A DNA stretch of 63,919 nucleotides, counting the filler, from Reticulomyxa filosa (lineage: Eukaryota > Protista > Foraminifera): assembly GCA_000512085.1 (NCBI GenBank). It is 21 parts of 21 records of this genome, joined end to end, with 100 filler letters (N's around TTAATTAATTAA, not from the genome) between each part and the next. Parts side by side here need not be neighbours in the genome. Positions count along the whole stretch, not along the records: positions 62,920 to 63,919 come from ASPP01047617.1; 20 more parts are not named here. One strand, 5' to 3'. The notes beneath the pieces are model-generated. The model did no database searches. It was not told the DNA's origin and saw only the letters and a list, made by a program, of their open reading frames with translations. The stretch's first letter is position 1; each line of letters opens with the position of its first letter. Positions 62,920 to 63,919 of the stretch are shown here, in pieces. The position numbers and the translations under genes were made by a program.

Positions 62920-63919
62920 ATTATGAAACACAAAGAAAACAATAATACTAAAGAATATTTAGATGCAATGGATATGTGCAAATGGATATTAAAACAACGG
63001 ACAATATATCCAATGAAAAGAATTGAATATGCAATTGACTATGTGAAAGACAAATTGATTGATAAAAATGGTATAATCAAAGTGATTGATGAAGAGAGTT
63101 ATGAAACATTATTACAAGAAGGTGCAACATTCTTATTAGGAGTGAGTCAGAAAGAATTAAAAGAAACATTAATCAAAAATAATTTATTGTATTGGGCCGC
63201 TGGTCGAAATATAGTATCCATCAAAACCGAGAACGCAAATCAAAGAATATTTGACGAAGGGTGGTATCCACTTCCATTTTTAATCAATCGAATTTTTTTA
63301 TTGTTCGAAATATGCGTTCGAATGAAACGAGAAGGAAGAAGTTTCATTGGATTGCCAAGAGGTAAAACATTTGAACAGGTGTATGAAAAAGGAGTGAAAG
63401 AATTGCAAGTGCAATTGACAACTTATTGGGATTATCTCACGACTGAAGAGTTTGAAAAGGATTGTCCAGAGTTAATTGATGATTGGAGTTGCAATGTAGT
63501 AGATCGTTTAATGGGTTTGAAATCGATATCATCGAACGAATGTTGTGAAATCAGTTTGGCGGTTGGTCATAAAAAGCATTGTATTTATTTAAGTTTGTGT
63601 AAAACACTTACTTCTATTTTGGTTCGAATTGATAATCGATGGATGAAAACAGTTCCATCCAATATATCTCCTCCCAAAAAGATTGACAATGATTGCGAAT
63701 GGGCACAACCATATTTGGTTTCATATTTCCAATGCAGTGGCTCCAATGTCAAGCAAAATAAGGAATGGCTAAAAGAGTATATCAAAAATGCTACCAAATT
63801 GAGAGACAGTCAAAGCAAAAAGAGTATGAAACATTTGTATTGTAGTGATGGCAATGATTTCCCTCCCCCTCGTGAGGGAAGCTCTCCAATGATTACAGAT
63901 AATTGGCCTTATTGTCGAG
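62920..63919 (+). CDS. C-terminal region of a NACHT-HEAT-ANK-protease family paralogue (open across the whole visible contig; absent from the ORF track)
   Basis: RTIYPMKRIEYAIDYVKDKLID...YWAAGR...DEGWYP...QVQLTTYWDY...VGHKKHCIYLSLCK...VRIDNRW...QPYLVSYF...PREG...WPY aligns with the 34194-35300 region. Confidence 0.9.
   Translation, partial: MMKHKENNNTKEYLDAMDMCKWILKQRTIYPMKRIEYAIDYVKDKLIDKNGIIKVIDEESYETLLQEGATFLLGVSQKELKETLIKNNLLYWAAGRNIVSIKTENANQRIFDEGWYPLPFLINRIFLLFEICVRMKREGRSFIGLPRGKTFEQVYEKGVKELQVQLTTYWDYLTTEEFEKDCPELIDDWSCNVVDRLMGLKSISSNECCEISLAVGHKKHCIYLSLCKTLTSILVRIDNRWMKTVPSNISPPKKIDNDCEWAQPYLVSYFQCSGSNVKQNKEWLKEYIKNATKLRDSQSKKSMKHLYCSDGNDFPPPREGSSPMITDNWPYCR

Overview
This window is not one locus. 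It is about 21 short AT-rich eukaryotic contigs joined by artificial ~100-bp N(~44)-TTAATTAATTAA-N(~44) spacers, so gene neighbourhood means something only inside a contig. Short GT-AG introns, long homopolymers and characteristic expanded WD40, Kelch-like, TRAF and NACHT families suggest a foraminiferan such as Reticulomyxa filosa (inference, not a database result). Recognisable genes: topoisomerase IB, a nocturnin/CCR4-like phosphatase, an RNF213-like AAA+ fragment, a GNAT, an LRR-multi-TM receptor, RanBD, SAM and CH-domain fragments, and many decaying paralogues. The most interesting signals are: (1) a NACHT/NLR-like protein with an N-terminal RelA/SpoT alarmone-synthetase-like domain; (2) a NACHT-HEAT-ankyrin family ending in a candidate His-Asn-Cys protease domain (three pieces in the window), with the full copy lying tail-to-tail with a Kelch-caspase gene; and (3) a conserved GC-rich hairpin element in three small exon-like segments on two unlinked contigs. 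All domain calls are by-eye motif recognition.
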